Shown here piece by piece: positions 12,901 to 25,134 of a DNA stretch of 64,000 nt. The notes below the pieces were generated by a model. That model was given only the letters and a program-made list of their open reading frames with translations, made no database searches and was not told where the DNA came from. Source of the DNA: Malacoraja senta (Eukaryota). Location: contig CM075992.1 in the NCBI GenBank assembly GCA_038087875.1, positions 6,326,001 to 6,390,000 on the forward strand. The letters are read 5' to 3'. Both the position numbers and the translations under genes were made by a program. The first letter of the stretch is position 1. The number at the start of each line of letters is the position of its first letter.

Positions 12901-14087
12901 GTAGATTACATTTCATTTACATTAATGTTTTAAAATGAAATAAATGTATTAAGATTGCATTTCTTGCAGTTGCCATTTTAAGTTACAGTTGGAATGTAGA
13001 CTTTTAATTTCCTTTAAAGCGTGGTTCATTTAGCAATGAAGGCACAATAAACTAGATGCTGTAATCTTAAAACATAAAGTGTTGGAGGAACTCAGCCAGT
13101 CAGGCAGCACCTGCGGAGGGACATGAACAGATCAATTGGTCTGAAGAAGGATCTCAACCCAATATGTCATCAGTTCCTTTCCTTCCACCGATGCTGCCCG
13201 ACCATTGAATTCCTCCAACAATTTGTGTTTTGATTTGCCAATGAGTATTGCCAGCCCCAAGTTTAATCCCTGCATTATTACTGCCATGAAAGTCAGCAGG
13301 GACCAGAGTGGGCCTGTTTCTATGCTGTCTCAGTTCAGTTGAGTTAATTGTCACTTGGTACAATGAAATGCTTTTGTTGCGTGCTATTCAGTCAGCGGAA
13401 GACAATACATGATTACATTCGAGCCATCCACGGTGTGCAGATACATGATAATTGGAATAGCGTTTAGTGCAAGGTAAAGCCAAACTCTGATCAGAGATGG
13501 TCCGAGGGTCACCAATCAGGTGGATAGTAGTTCAGGAATGCTCTCTAGATGTGGTAGGATGGTTCAGTTGCCTGATAACAGCTGGGAAGAAACTCTGTGA
13601 ATCTGGAGGTGTTCGTTTTTCACACTTCAATACTTTTTGTCCGATTTCTTGCTTTGCCTTTTTCTATGCTCTCTGACTCTTAAGTTTTAAGGGAAGAATA
13701 ATATACGATACGATAACCTTTATTCATCCCTGGAGGGAAATGGGTCTGCCAACAGTCACAACAAGGTACACGAAAAGTTGAAATTAAAAGTGAAAATAAA
13801 AAGGACAAGTGACTGTTGGCCACAGCGCCTAAACCGGAACGAAGGAACAAACAAACAAACACAGGCTTATTCCTTGGGCAGAGGATTCTAAAACTACCGT
13901 GCTCCCCCCTACCCCACCCCGGGTCCCCTTTGTTCTCCCACTGTCCCTCACGGCAGTCCCCCCACGCTGGGTCCTCCATTGTTTTTTATCACAGCGGTCC
14001 CCTGACGCTGAGTCCCCATTGTCTTTCCCTCCTCCTCCGCGTTCCACCACCACGAGGTTTCCGCTGCCGCCGCCAAGGCCCCACCAC

Positions 14088-14489
14088 CAAAGATCGTACA
14101 GCGGAGCAAGATAGATCACTCCTGCTAAATGCAATGGGCTGACGTGTAGTACGCAACGGAGCGGAAATGTGGGCCTTTTTTTTCATCCATTTCCGTGGCC
14201 CGACCCGACTCGCAGTGTAATCAACGTTGCAGGGGAACAGTTTGTGTTAATAAATTAAAATTCTGAAAATGAGGAGAAGATTTTTACCAAATAACTTTTA
14301 TTTTTTCGAGGATGTTTCAGTAACCGGCTTCCGTCTCTGCACTAGTTATCTTTGCTCCGCTATGGGATTTTTGGTGCGGAGACAGAAGCCGGTTACGGAA
14401 ATGGGGCCTAAAATTACCTATGAGTCTGCCCATGACCATACTACGTCTTTTTCGTCGAGTGGTCTAACTTGCTTGCTATAGGATCTTTG
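14088..14489. mobile_element. Non-autonomous DNA transposon (P- or hAT-like) with 8-bp TSD
   Basis: Imperfect TIRs of about 33 bp (CAAAGATCGTACAGCGGAGCAAGATAGATCACTC / GAGTGGTCTAACTTGCTTGCTATAGGATCTTTG). TSD CCCACCAC at 14080-14087 and 14490-14497. Confidence 0.8.
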
Positions 14490-15426
14490 CCCACCACCAC
14501 CGAGGATATCGTTGCCGCCGGGGGTCCCGCTGTCGTCGCAGAGGGTCCCATCGCCGCCGCTGAGGCTCCTTCGACGCAGACAGGCCTCGCCGCCCGGCTT
14601 CCCCGCAGTTCCCAGGGAGGCCTGTGGGCTTCTCTAGTTTAGGATCTCTCATTTAATGGCTTGTCTTTGAGTAGCTCTTATTTGGGGAATCAGCAGAACT
14701 TGAGGAGTTAGGAGCAGAACAAGTTGCTTAAACAGAAATGCTACAATACATTAATTTTGCATTGCTGATTCATGGGAAGCAGAATGCACAATTAAGAGGA
14801 AATTGGATGAATAATTGAATATAAAAAGGGAAATTAATTTTGTGGGGATAAAGAAGACAAATGTCTTTAAAGCCACTTGGTCATGTCGAGAAGAAATCTT
14901 TGTGCTGTATGTGGTGGTAGAATTTAATTTAAGGTGTCTACCTAGATTAATATTGAGTAGTCAGATTTGATCTTCTGGGACTAACATCTATCTTCAGACC
15001 TAAAAATGTTAACTGAGCCTTTTTTTTCTGACCTTGGGAATGTTTCCAGCAACTGGGATCTTTGCCTTATCAGCATTCTGGACTGGACTCCCACAACGCA
15101 CCAGAGTTTAATTCTTAATAGAACTCGGTCAACAGAATGTTATATTGAATCAATATGTACAAGGAAAAGCTCTTGCGGAGTCCTGTGGGAGGATGGGGTA
15201 GTGCGGGGGTATAATCTCAAAGTAAAGATTGTCCATTCAAAACAGAAACAAAGAATAATTAAATCTGAGGATTGTACATCTTTGGAAGTATTCTGCCTCG
15301 CCAGAGGTGTAGTTACTGCTCAAGGGGCCTAATCAGTTACTGTCCCATTTCTTGTGTTCTTTTATCAATCTGTTGTCCTAGCAATGCTCTAGCAATCGGA
15401 AGTTTTTTCTTGGTTTAGTAATTGGA

Positions 15427-15940
15427 TGGCACAGTGGCACAGCGGTAGAGTTGCTGCCTTACAGCGTCAGGGACCCGGGTTCGATCCTGACTATGGATGC
15501 TGTCTGGACGGAGCTTGTACGTTCCCTCTGTGACCGCGTGGGTTTTCCCCGGGTGTTCCGATTTCCACCTACACTCCAAAGACATCCACGTTTGTATGTT
15601 GGTAGACCTAAAATGCTGGAGTGACTCAGCGGGTGAGGCAGCATCTCTAGAGAGAAGGAATGGGTGACGTCTAGTGTCTCGACCCGAAACGTCACCCATT
15701 CCCTCTCTCCAGAGATGCTGCCTCATCGCTGAGTTACTCGGGCATTTTGTGTCTACTTTCGATTTTACCAGCATCTGCAGTTCTTTCTTACACACGTTTG
15801 AAAGTTAATTGGTAAAATTCAATAATAATTATAAATTGTCCCTAATGTGTAGGATAGGGCTAGTGTATGGTGATTGCTGGTCGGCGTGGACTCAGTGGGT
15901 TGAAGGGTCTGTTTCTGCGCCGCATCTCTAAACTAAATTA
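15427..15940 (+). mobile_element. V-SINE interrupted by a palindromic Penelope-derived insert (about 15601-15794)
   Basis: A-box-like TGGCACAGCGG, B-box GGTTCGATCC and a V domain. The SINE resumes after the insert and ends in CTAAACTAAA. Confidence 0.75.
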
Positions 15941-16031
15941 AAAAGAGTGCTTAATCACAGTGTGAATTGTTGTATATAGTGTTACACTCTAAGATCATGA
16001 ACTAATTGAGTGTGCCTATGTTTGATTACAG

Positions 16032-16163
16032 CTCAGTACATCATCTGTAGGCAGCCTGGAAGACACCCTGGCGGAGAGGATTGAGATGTACAAATGTGCG
16101 ATAGACAAAGCGAAACAATCTGGCGAGAGCTCCAAACTGCGACGATACGAACGTGGCCTTAAG
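16032..16163 (+). CDS. CC2D1A: CC2D1A coding exon (DM14 repeat 1, first part)
   Basis: ttacag|...|gttaaa. 132 nt, encodes LSTSSVGSLEDTLAERIEMYKCAIDKAKQSGESSKLRRYERGLK. Confidence 0.92.
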
Positions 16164-16237
16164 GTTAAATATATCCGCTAGTTTTGTAGATATGGTGGTC
16201 AAAAAAGCTTTCATTAGTCAGAGTATTGAGTATAGAA

Positions 16238-16605
16238 TGTTAAAGAAGGAACTGCAGATGCTGGAAGAGACCCAGGACAGAGAGATCCATGGCCACAGCG
16301 AGCAACACCGTAAATTGGAGGAAATACACCTCATATTCCGCTTGGGCAGTCTACATCCTGGTGGCCTGAACATTGAATTCTCCCAATTCTGCTAGCCCTT
16401 GCTGTCCCCTCCCCTTCATCAGCCATCTGGCTGTCTCCTCCCCTCCCCCAGCCCTCGGGCTCCTCCTCCGCCTTTTTCCTTTTTTCCTTTCTTCTCCCCA
16501 CCCCCTATCAGTCTGAAGAAGGGTTTCGGCCCGAAACGTTACCTATTTCCTTCGCTCCATAGATGCTGCTGCACCCGCTGAGTTTCTCCAGCATTTTTGT
16601 GTACC
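16238..16605 (+). mobile_element. Penelope-like element 3' fragment (GIY-YIG C-terminus plus pLTR with hammerhead core), 14-bp TSD
   Basis: Encodes HSEQHRKLEEIHLIFRLGSLHPGGLNIEFS. Hammerhead core at 16513-16540. Short inverted pLTR piece at the 5' end. TSD TATTGAGTATAGAA at 16224-16237 and 16606-16619. Confidence 0.85.
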
Positions 16606-17705
16606 TATTGAGTATAGAAATTGGGAAGTCGTGTTACAGTTATGCAAGACATTGGTGATGCCACATATAGAGTATTGCCTTCAGTTTTGGTCACCATGTT
16701 ATAGGTAAGATGTCATGCTGGAAAGGGTGTGAAGAAGATTTGATGATGATGATTCTTTATTGCCGCATTTACTTAAGGTACAGTGTAATTTTTTGTTTTG
16801 CATACCATAGACAAAGTATGCAAAGAGTCGCCACATATAGGGTGCCTGAAGAAGTGCCTATAGGGTATCTGAAGAAGGGTCTCGACCCGAAAAGCCACCC
16901 TTTCCTTCTCTCCAGAGGTGCTGCCTGTCCTGCTGAGTTACTCCAGCTTTTTGTGTCTATCTAGGGTGCCAATGATGTTTACGTGGATGTTGCCAGGACT
17001 CTGGGGCCTGAGCTGTAGGGCGAGTTTGAGCAGCGGTTGACTCTATTCCTTGGGGCGCAGTGGAAGATGAGGCGTGATCTGATAGAGGAGTACAAAATCA
17101 TGAGAGAAATAGATCGGGTAAATGCACAGTCTTTTGACCAGAGTAGGATTATCGAGAACCGGAAGGAATAGGTTTATGCTGTGGGAGGGAAGATTTAATA
17201 GGACCTTGAGGGGTGACGGTTTTTACACAAAGAGTGGTGGGTGTATGGAACGAGCTGCCGAAGGCGGTAGTTCAGGCTGGTACTATCGCGACATTTAAGA
17301 AACATTTAGACAGGTACATGGACAGGATAGGTTTAGAGGGATATGGGGCAAAAACAGGCAGGTGGGAGGGGTGTAGATTGGACATGGTGGTCAGCATGGG
17401 CAAGTTGGGCCGAAGGGCCTGTTTCCAAGCTGTATGACTGACTTTGGTGCACCTGTACAATTAGAATTGTTGGATCTGATCTGTTTCCGTGAGGCAATGG
17501 CAACTGAACATTGAGTTTAGGATCTTGTTGCTGGTGTGAGTTTCAGGCCTAGGTAATCTTATGTCTTTGCGTTGGGCTGGCGCTGTCACTTTCTGACCAC
17601 TGGAAGCCCTTTAATGGTCAAGGCCACCTGGATTGTGGAGCACAGTCAAATGAGAAACATTTGTTTTTTTCAGTCCTATTAATGATTTACTTTTTTTTCT
17701 TTAAG

Positions 17706-18045
17706 TCTCTACAATCGATGTTTACTTCTGTGAAGAAAGGGAAGCAGATTGATGAAGAAGACATCCCACCCGCCCTGGCTTCCGGGAAAAATAATAACAC
17801 AGCCACTCCACCGGCCTCGGAGACAGCAACACCCTCAACAGGGGATCGGTCTTTGTTGATCGACCTTTCTGTGCCCACAGAGCACCCTGTGCCACCGCCG
17901 AAGCCTGCAGCACCTCCTCTGCTACCCAAGCCAAAGATGTCCGTACCCCAAGTTATTGCTCCATCGGTCGCGGAGCAAAGCCCACGGGCACTGCCAGTAC
18001 CCGCAAAAATAGAAACAACCGTCGCTGTGTCTAATAACAAAGCAG
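17706..18045 (+). CDS. CC2D1A: CC2D1A coding exon (end of DM14-1 plus Pro-rich linker)
   Basis: ttttctttaag|...|gtagga. 340 nt, encodes SLQSMFTSVKKGKQIDEEDIPPALASGK...VSNNKA. Confidence 0.88.
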
Positions 18046-18818
18046 GTAGGATTGGAATTCTGCACACTGTCCGTAGCTTTCTATTGTCGTAGTCATACAG
18101 CTAAGAAACAGGCCCTTCGGCCCACACACCGGCAACATGTCCCAGCTGCACCCACCACCCTTTGTGTGAAGAAATGACCCCTCAAATTCCTATTAAATCT
18201 TTTCCCCTTCACCTTAAACCCAGTTCTTGATTCTCCTACTCTGGGCGTGAGACTGTGCATCTACCAGATCTATTCCATGTGTAATGTTTAAGAAAGAACT
18301 GCAGATGCTGGAAAAATTGAAGTTAGACAAAAATGCTGGAGAAACTCAGCGGTTGAGGCAGCAGCTATGGAGCAAAGAAACCTGTGACATTTTGGGTCGA
18401 GACCCTTCTTCAGACAATGTAGGAAGGAACAGCAGATGCTGGTTTAAACCGAAGAGGAGGTACTGTGCGAAGAAGGGTCTCGACCTGAAAGTTCTCTCAA
18501 TGTTGATGCAATAAGTGATAGGAGCAGAATTCGGCCATTCGGCCCATCGCGTCGACTCCGTCATTCGACCCTGGCTGATCTATCTTTCCCTTTCACTCCA
18601 GTTCTCCTGCTTTCTCCCCATAACCCCTTGCACCCATACTAATCTTGATGCATCACCTTTGGGCTTTATTGTTACCTTAATTGGAAGCCTGACATGTGGT
18701 GAAGCTGTTATTCTTTGCTCTCTGAATGTTAGGAGACTATGGGGGGGAAATAAAAACGATTTGATGCTGTTTCTAGTCATCTAATTTATTTTTTCAGTTT
18801 GCCTACCAAGCTCAGTAA

Positions 18819-19123
18819 AGGGGCTGTCCCACTGTACGAGGTAATTCAAGAGCTCTCCCGGGTTTAAAAAAAAATCAAACTCATAAGCACGTAGAATGTA
18901 CGTAGCGGGTACGTCGGAGCTCGGGGACGTCTCTTAGCGGCTCGTAACGCTAACGGCAGGTACTCGGGAAACGCGGTAAGCTCGTGAAGACTCGTGAAGA
19001 TTTTTCAACATGTCCACGAGAGCCCCGAGTACCTACGAGCGGCTATTACCGTAATTCTCCGAGTTCGGACCAGGGCAAACTCGGGAGAACTCTTGAATTA
19101 GCTCATACAGTGGGACAGGCCCT
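18819..19123. mobile_element. Harbinger/PIF-type MITE
   Basis: TIRs AGGGGCTGTCCCACTGTA / TACAGTGGGACAGGCCCT, flanked by TAA and TTA. Confidence 0.75.
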
Positions 19124-19667
19124 TTAGGTCCAAATTATTATAAATCTATGCGTTAGCAAATTTGGGCTGAAATGCACTGACAATCAGCAGAACAAACAAC
19201 TGTTAGTAAATAGTCATGTTGTATATCTTTGTTTTAGTGGATGGAAATTGAAGTTGTGGAGATTGAGCAAATCTTTATGTGTTTTAGGAGCAGCACATCT
19301 ATAGAAGCTGTTTAAATTTAAATTTTTCTGCAGACTAGTCCCAAGGTATTTGTTGTTATGGCCATAAATATACCATCATATCAATTGGGAATTTAAAAAA
19401 AAAACAGGTTTGCATTTCCAAGAGAAGATTTTCTTGTGACTAGATGGCAATGTAAATGTTTTGATTGAATAATATAAATCGTGCTCCTCCTGAAGCCACA
19501 ATTTTCGTGCGCTTACAGCGTTGGCGCAGTCTGCCTTTCAGGTTGGTGTTATTGCCACAGGGTACTGCTCTTGGAATGAAAAAGGTATTAATGTTTCTAA
19601 GGAGCAATGTACATGACTTCTCTGTGGTATTGAAATCTCTAAGCTCCGTTCTTTCAATGTTGTTCAG

Positions 19668-19792
19668 TATCAGTGAATTCCAGCATGAAGGAGAGTACAA
19701 TGAGCAGGCAACGAGAATACAAGCTGGCTGCACTGCACGCCAAGCGCAGCGGTGACACGGAGCTCGCAACAAAATACTACCAAATAAGCAAG
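19668..19792 (+). CDS. CC2D1A: CC2D1A coding exon (DM14 repeat 2, first part)
   Basis: gttcag|...|gtgagg. 125 nt, encodes VSVNSSMKESTMSRQREYKLAALHAKRSGDTELATKYYQISK. Confidence 0.9.
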
Positions 19793-20882
19793 GTGAGGTT
19801 AATGATAAACCTCCATTAACTTTCATGTTTCAAAGCACAGGATGTGAGCACATTATATATTTCCCAATCTACTAAAACATTATCACATTCCTCTTAAACT
19901 ATGTTGATGTTCAGCTTTGAATTAAGTTGCAAGTCATGTTAAAATAATATGGTACTCTTCAACAGCGAAGAAACTTGAGTCCGACAGCCTAGGCCCAGGT
20001 TCCCTCTCTGGAGAAGAATACTTTGACTTAAGATTTTAGAGATACAGCGCAGAAACAGGCCCTTTGCCCCACCGAGTCCGCGCAGACCAGCGACCAACCT
20101 ATACTCTAGCACCATCCGACACACTAGGAACAATTTACAATTTTTACACGTCTTTGGAGTGTGGGAGGAAACCAGAGCACCCGGAGAAAACCCACACTGT
20201 CATAGGGAAAACGTACAAACTCTGTACAGACAGCACCCGTAGTCAGGGTTGAACCCGGGACTCTGGCGCTGTAAGGCAGCAACCCTACTGTGCCACTGTG
20301 CCGCCAAAAGTCAATTCTTGTCTTAATACCGTTTCTGCTTGTTATTAGTATAGATCTGACCCAAAATGCATTTGGCCAGTTTCCGTTGCTTCCATAACTT
20401 GACCAAAGCACATAATCATTGCTGCATATCTGGGAATGGGGAAATAATAGGATGATTTTATCAACATCTGAGAATTCTGGCACTGTGTACCTGAAATGAA
20501 AATACTCCATTCCCTCTCCCCCACCCACCCAGTTCCCATGAACCTCTCTCATCCTAATCAATGAAATTAGACAGAAGCTGTACTTGCAACCAAAGATTGT
20601 TAGATTTCTATGACATTAGGGCGTTGAGATTTTTATGAAATTAGGGTGTTGAGGTTACTGTGAAGCTGGATGCAGATCAGTCATAATGTCATCGAATGCG
20701 AAACAGACCTGAGAAAAATGAATATCCTCCCCTTTTTGCAATTTTGCACAGCATTTGGGGAGAGACATAATGTTGTGATTACACGAGCAAGCCCCGTGAC
20801 TTCCTCGTGTACTGGAAGCTTTGGAGAAAATGGACATCTTCTGGCATCCTTAACAGCATTTTGTTTTTTCTCATCAAACTAG

Positions 20883-20955
20883 AAATATGATCCTTTTCTT
20901 GAGGCACTGGATGGAGGAGGGAAAGTGGATTTCAGTCAGCTGCCACCACCTTTTG
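20883..20955 (+). CDS. CC2D1A: CC2D1A coding exon (DM14-2, second part)
   Basis: aactag|...|gtatgc. 73 nt, encodes KYDPFLEALDGGGKVDFSQLPPPF. Confidence 0.88.
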
Positions 20956-21249
20956 GTATGCATTTGTACATTGGTATCTCTCTATGCTTTGGTGTAATTC
21001 CATGCTTCCATAGATGTAGTTCATTTCTTACAAAGTGTAACGGGAGACAATTTTTACCTGTTTAATCTAGAGCCCTATCCGAATGTTGTGATTTTTAGGA
21101 AGTGGTTTCACAATGTAGAATTAGTTTAGCTGCTATCATTCTAGCGTCAAGAGTGTTTTATTGTCATATGTCCCAGATAGAACAATGACATTCTTACATG
21201 TAGCAGCACAACAGAATATGTAAAGATAGTACACTGTAAACAATATAAT

Positions 21250-21470
21250 GTATGTGAGTGTACTCACAGAATATGTGAGTGGGTGTAAGTGTGTGAGGGA
21301 TTGTGAGAGTGAGGGAATGTAAATGTGTGAGTCTGTGATACACTTCAATAAGGTGTGTGTGTGTACACATGCACATATACACACATTATTGAAGTGTATG
21401 TTAGACGCAGACACACATATACACACTCACACATATATACATGTACGCACACACATTATTGAAGTGTATG
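21250..21470. repeat. Imperfect TG/CA-rich microsatellite region
   Basis: Runs of gtgtgt and acacac, with a duplicated ACACATTATTGAAGTGTATGTTA unit. Confidence 0.7.
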
Positions 21471-21585
21471 TTATCTTCGTAGAATGCGTTGGAGTAACTC
21501 TGGTTCAGGCAGCATCCCTCGAGAACATGGATCGGTGACGTTGCGGTCTTCAGACTCTTATCTAATTGCACCTTTATATTCTTAG

Positions 21586-21681
21586 ATGCCGCAAAGGACA
21601 AGCAATCGATCCCTCCTCCCTCTCGGTTGCCTGCTCTCTCGGCTCCGGCAGCGCCTCCAGCACAGTCAGTGACTGCATCAG
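21586..21681 (+). CDS. CC2D1A: CC2D1A coding exon (Pro/Ala linker)
   Basis: ttcttag|...|gtgggt. 96 nt, phase 1 to 1, encodes DAAKDKQSIPPPSRLPALSAPAAPPAQSVTAS. It is low-complexity and symmetric, so support comes mainly from splice sites and phase. Confidence 0.75.
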
Positions 21682-22353
21682 GTGGGTCTTGAATGCATTG
21701 GGGGATTTCCCTCTGTTGGTACGAAATAACCCTGCTGTTTTTCCACCCACTTCTCTCCCATTCTGTCCTTTTGCAGAGTTCACTTTTTTCTTGCTCTGGC
21801 AATCGGTCTAGTCCCATTCCAGTATTGCTTTGCTGTAGGGATCATTAAATGGGAATGGGGAATGCTGGCAGACTTTTAATGCCCAATTCTGGACGCAGTC
21901 TCAGCTTTACTATTGATCTGCCTGAGATCTAACTCGAGCACCATCCACCCAAACTGCAAACCCTGGCAACAATTGGACCCGTTGTTATAAACTTGGCATT
22001 CTATTCCCCCCCCACCATATTTCACCTATTGTATCTGGTATCTGCGGTATGTTTGCATCACAGGTTGTAGGCACCATCTCACCGCTGGTAATCCCAATGC
22101 AATCCTGCACTTCTATTCTCCGCCGCCTGCATTGCCACAGAGCAGTGAAAGTACACAAAAAAGACACAAAGTGCTGGAGTAACTCAGCAGGTCAGGCAGC
22201 ATCTCTGGAGAACATGGATAGGTGACGTTTCGGGTCGGGACCCTTCTTGTACACATTTGGCAGGTGTTGCATGCATTCAGTACGGTGCTATTGCACTGGT
22301 CATGTCTTGACTAAATGGAGCTTGAAGTTCCGCCTTGAATCAGGAGAGATTAA

Positions 22354-22655
22354 AGGGCCTGTCCCACTTACTCTTTTTTTTTCGGCGACTGTCGGCACCC
22401 GTCATAGTCGCTGCAGGTCGGCAAACATTTCAACGTGTTGAAAATCTAGCGGCGACCAGAAAAAGATACGACTCTTTGGGCGACTACTCACGACCATACA
22501 GGCGACATATATGGTCATGAGTAGTCGCCCAAAGAGTCGTACCTTTTTCTGGTCGCCGCTGGATTTTCAACATTTTGACAATTTTCGGCGACCTGCTGCG
22601 ACTATGACGGGTGCTGGCAAGTCGCCAAAAAAATTGCGTAAGTGGGACAGGCCCT
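22354..22655. mobile_element. Harbinger/PIF-type MITE
   Basis: TIRs AGGGCCTGTCCCACTTAC / GTAAGTGGGACAGGCCCT, TAA TSD on both sides, and a palindromic interior. Confidence 0.85.
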
Positions 22656-22701
22656 TAACAGTCCTTCTGTTAATCAAAGCTGTTCATTTTCTCATCCACA
22701 G

Positions 22702-22832
22702 AAGTTCCCCCTCCCCCGAAAAATATCATGGAGGCCCTTCAACAGAGAATGGACAAGTACAAATCAGCCGCTGCACAGGCGAAGAGTGCAGGCAATGACC
22801 GGAAAGCAAGAATGCATGAACGCATCCTTAAA
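22702..22832 (+). CDS. CC2D1A: CC2D1A coding exon (DM14 repeat 3, first part)
   Basis: ccacag|...|gtaagc. 131 nt, encodes EVPPPPKNIMEALQQRMDKYKSAAAQAKSAGNDRKARMHERILK. Confidence 0.93.
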
Positions 22833-23820
22833 GTAAGCCAACTTCTAGAAGAAGGGTCTTGACCCGAAACGTTGACTATTTCCTTCGCTCCATAGATGCT
22901 GCCTCACCCGCTGGGTTTCTCCAGCATTTTTGTCTACCTTCGATTTTCCAGCTTCTGCAGTTCCAGAATAGCTCACTTTGGTCAACCCTTCAAAGTAAAC
23001 TATTGTTTGTCTTTATTTAATTGTAGCCTGAATGTTAAGAGCTGCAGAGAAGATTTACGAGGATGTTACCGAGACTCGAGGGAGAGATTGGGCAGGCTAA
23101 GACTTTACTCCTTGGAGCGCAGGAAACTGAGGGGTAACTCAGTTTTACAATTATGACGGGGTGACTGCACAGAGTCTTTTACCCAGAGTAGGGGAACCAA
23201 GAACCAGAGGACGTAGTGTTAATGTGAGAGGGAAAAGATTGAATTGGAACCTGAGGGGCAACTTTTTCCACACAAAGGAGGTAGTTGTATGGAATGAGCT
23301 GCCAGAGGAGTTAGTTGAGACAAGTACACTAAAAACATTTAAAAGATACTTATACACGTGCATGGATAGGGGAGGTTTATATGGATCTGGACCAAATGCA
23401 GGTAAATGAGACAAGCTTAGATGGGGCATCTTGGTCGGCATGGACAAGTTGGGCTGAAGGGCCTGTTTCCATGCAGTGTGACTCTTATGATTAGGTTGAT
23501 CTCTTTGTTCAGTAGTTGTTCAAACTGCCCATCTTTGAAGAAATTTTTGAGTTTGGGTGAGTGTGTCAGCGGGTCATTTTTTTACTTAATTGTTGGTTTT
23601 TGGTAGAAATGCAAAGTAAATGTGTGAATTGGTCTGCTGACCGTCTCGGCACCGCATGTGTACACCCCTTCCCTCTCTCTCCTTGCGTATCTTGTGTGAA
23701 CATCTTCCTGCTTTGCTGTTATTTCTCTCCTTCTGTTCAAACGTGATGCGGGTGAAGGAGCAGATACTCGGTATAACAATTCCCTGCCTTTCTTTACCAA
23801 TGTTTTCTAATCTTCTTCAG

Positions 23821-23893
23821 CAATATCAGGATGCCATTAAAGGTCACAAAGCAGGAAGAAATGTTAACCTCGCTGACCTTCCAGTGCCACCAG
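23821..23893 (+). CDS. CC2D1A: CC2D1A coding exon (DM14-3, second part)
   Basis: cttcag|...|gtaaag. 73 nt, encodes QYQDAIKGHKAGRNVNLADLPVPP. Confidence 0.93.
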
Positions 23894-24859
23894 GTAAAGA
23901 ACAGATTTTGAAGTAGTTTGAAGAAGTGTCCCAAGCTGAAACGTCACCCATCCTTTTTCTCCAGGGTGCTGCCAGACCCGCTGAGTTACTCCTGTTCAAC
24001 AATGAACGTGTAAGAAATTAATTGTGTTGAATGGAACTGCAGATGCTGGTTTTGCACCAAAGATAGTCACAATCTTTGGTATAAACCAGCATCTGCAGTT
24101 CCTTTCTACACACTTAATTTCTTACTCGTTCATTGTTGGACAGATCAGTGGTGTGCAGAGGGTTAAAATCAAACAAACATAAAAGAGACCCATTTTTAAA
24201 ATCCTTTTATTCTAAAGATGGAGATTTATCAACAAGGAAACAAAAGTGTGTTGCAGCTGCCATGGTTTGGGTCGGGTGGGGAACCTGCGGCCTTCTAGGC
24301 CATTAATGAATCCAAATTTTGTAGAACAAATCCTTTTATTTTTATTAATATGTTTTTGTTCGTCTTTTATTATTTTTATTTTAATCTTAAAATGAACGTA
24401 TTTAAAATACCAAAGAGTAAAAGAAGATTCAACGAAATAATCCTCCCTGACCGACGGCCACAATTAAAACATTAGTAATTCATGAGGGCTATTTTAACAA
24501 AATAATGTACATTTTGAAGTATATCTAATTGAAGTTTCTTGGATGCGGCCTTGTTAGATTACAGCTAACTTGATGCGGCATTCCAACATGAAAAGGTTCC
24601 CCACCCCTGGTTTGGGTAGATCTTGCTAAGCAGCGGTAGCGTTGCTGCCTTACAGTGCCAGGTGTACAGACTCGATCCTGACTACGGGTGCTGTCTGTCC
24701 AGAGTTTTGCGTTCCCCCTGTGACTGTGGATTTTCTCTGCGTGCTCCGGTTTCCTCCCACATTCCAAAGACATGTGGGTTTATAGGTTAGATAGCATGTT
24801 AACTCAGAAGGCGGTTGGATATTGTGTTATATCTTTCTGTCTCGCTCCTGTACCTCCAG

Positions 24860-24981
24860 GTTTCCCGCCACTTCACGGATCAGAGAGCGGCGCTCACAAT
24901 CAGACCATTGTGGGAGTGTTAGAGAATGCAATGAAGCTGGCCAACCAGGACGTGAATGAAGACGGTGACCATGAGGATGAG
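24860..24981 (+). CDS. CC2D1A: CC2D1A coding exon
   Basis: ctccag|...|gtaggc. 122 nt, encodes GFPPLHGSESGAHNQTIVGVLENAMKLANQDVNEDGDHEDE. Confidence 0.92.
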
Positions 24982-25134
24982 GTAGGCTTTCAAAGGTGGC
25001 AGAAACGATGACCATCCCGCATTGAAACATCTTCACGTCCATCTTCCTGGCCTTCAAACTAGTTGCTAAACATGTTTTCAGCCAGCATGGAAGTCATCTG
25101 CTGTGAAACTGTGACATGGAAAGAAAATAGTCAT

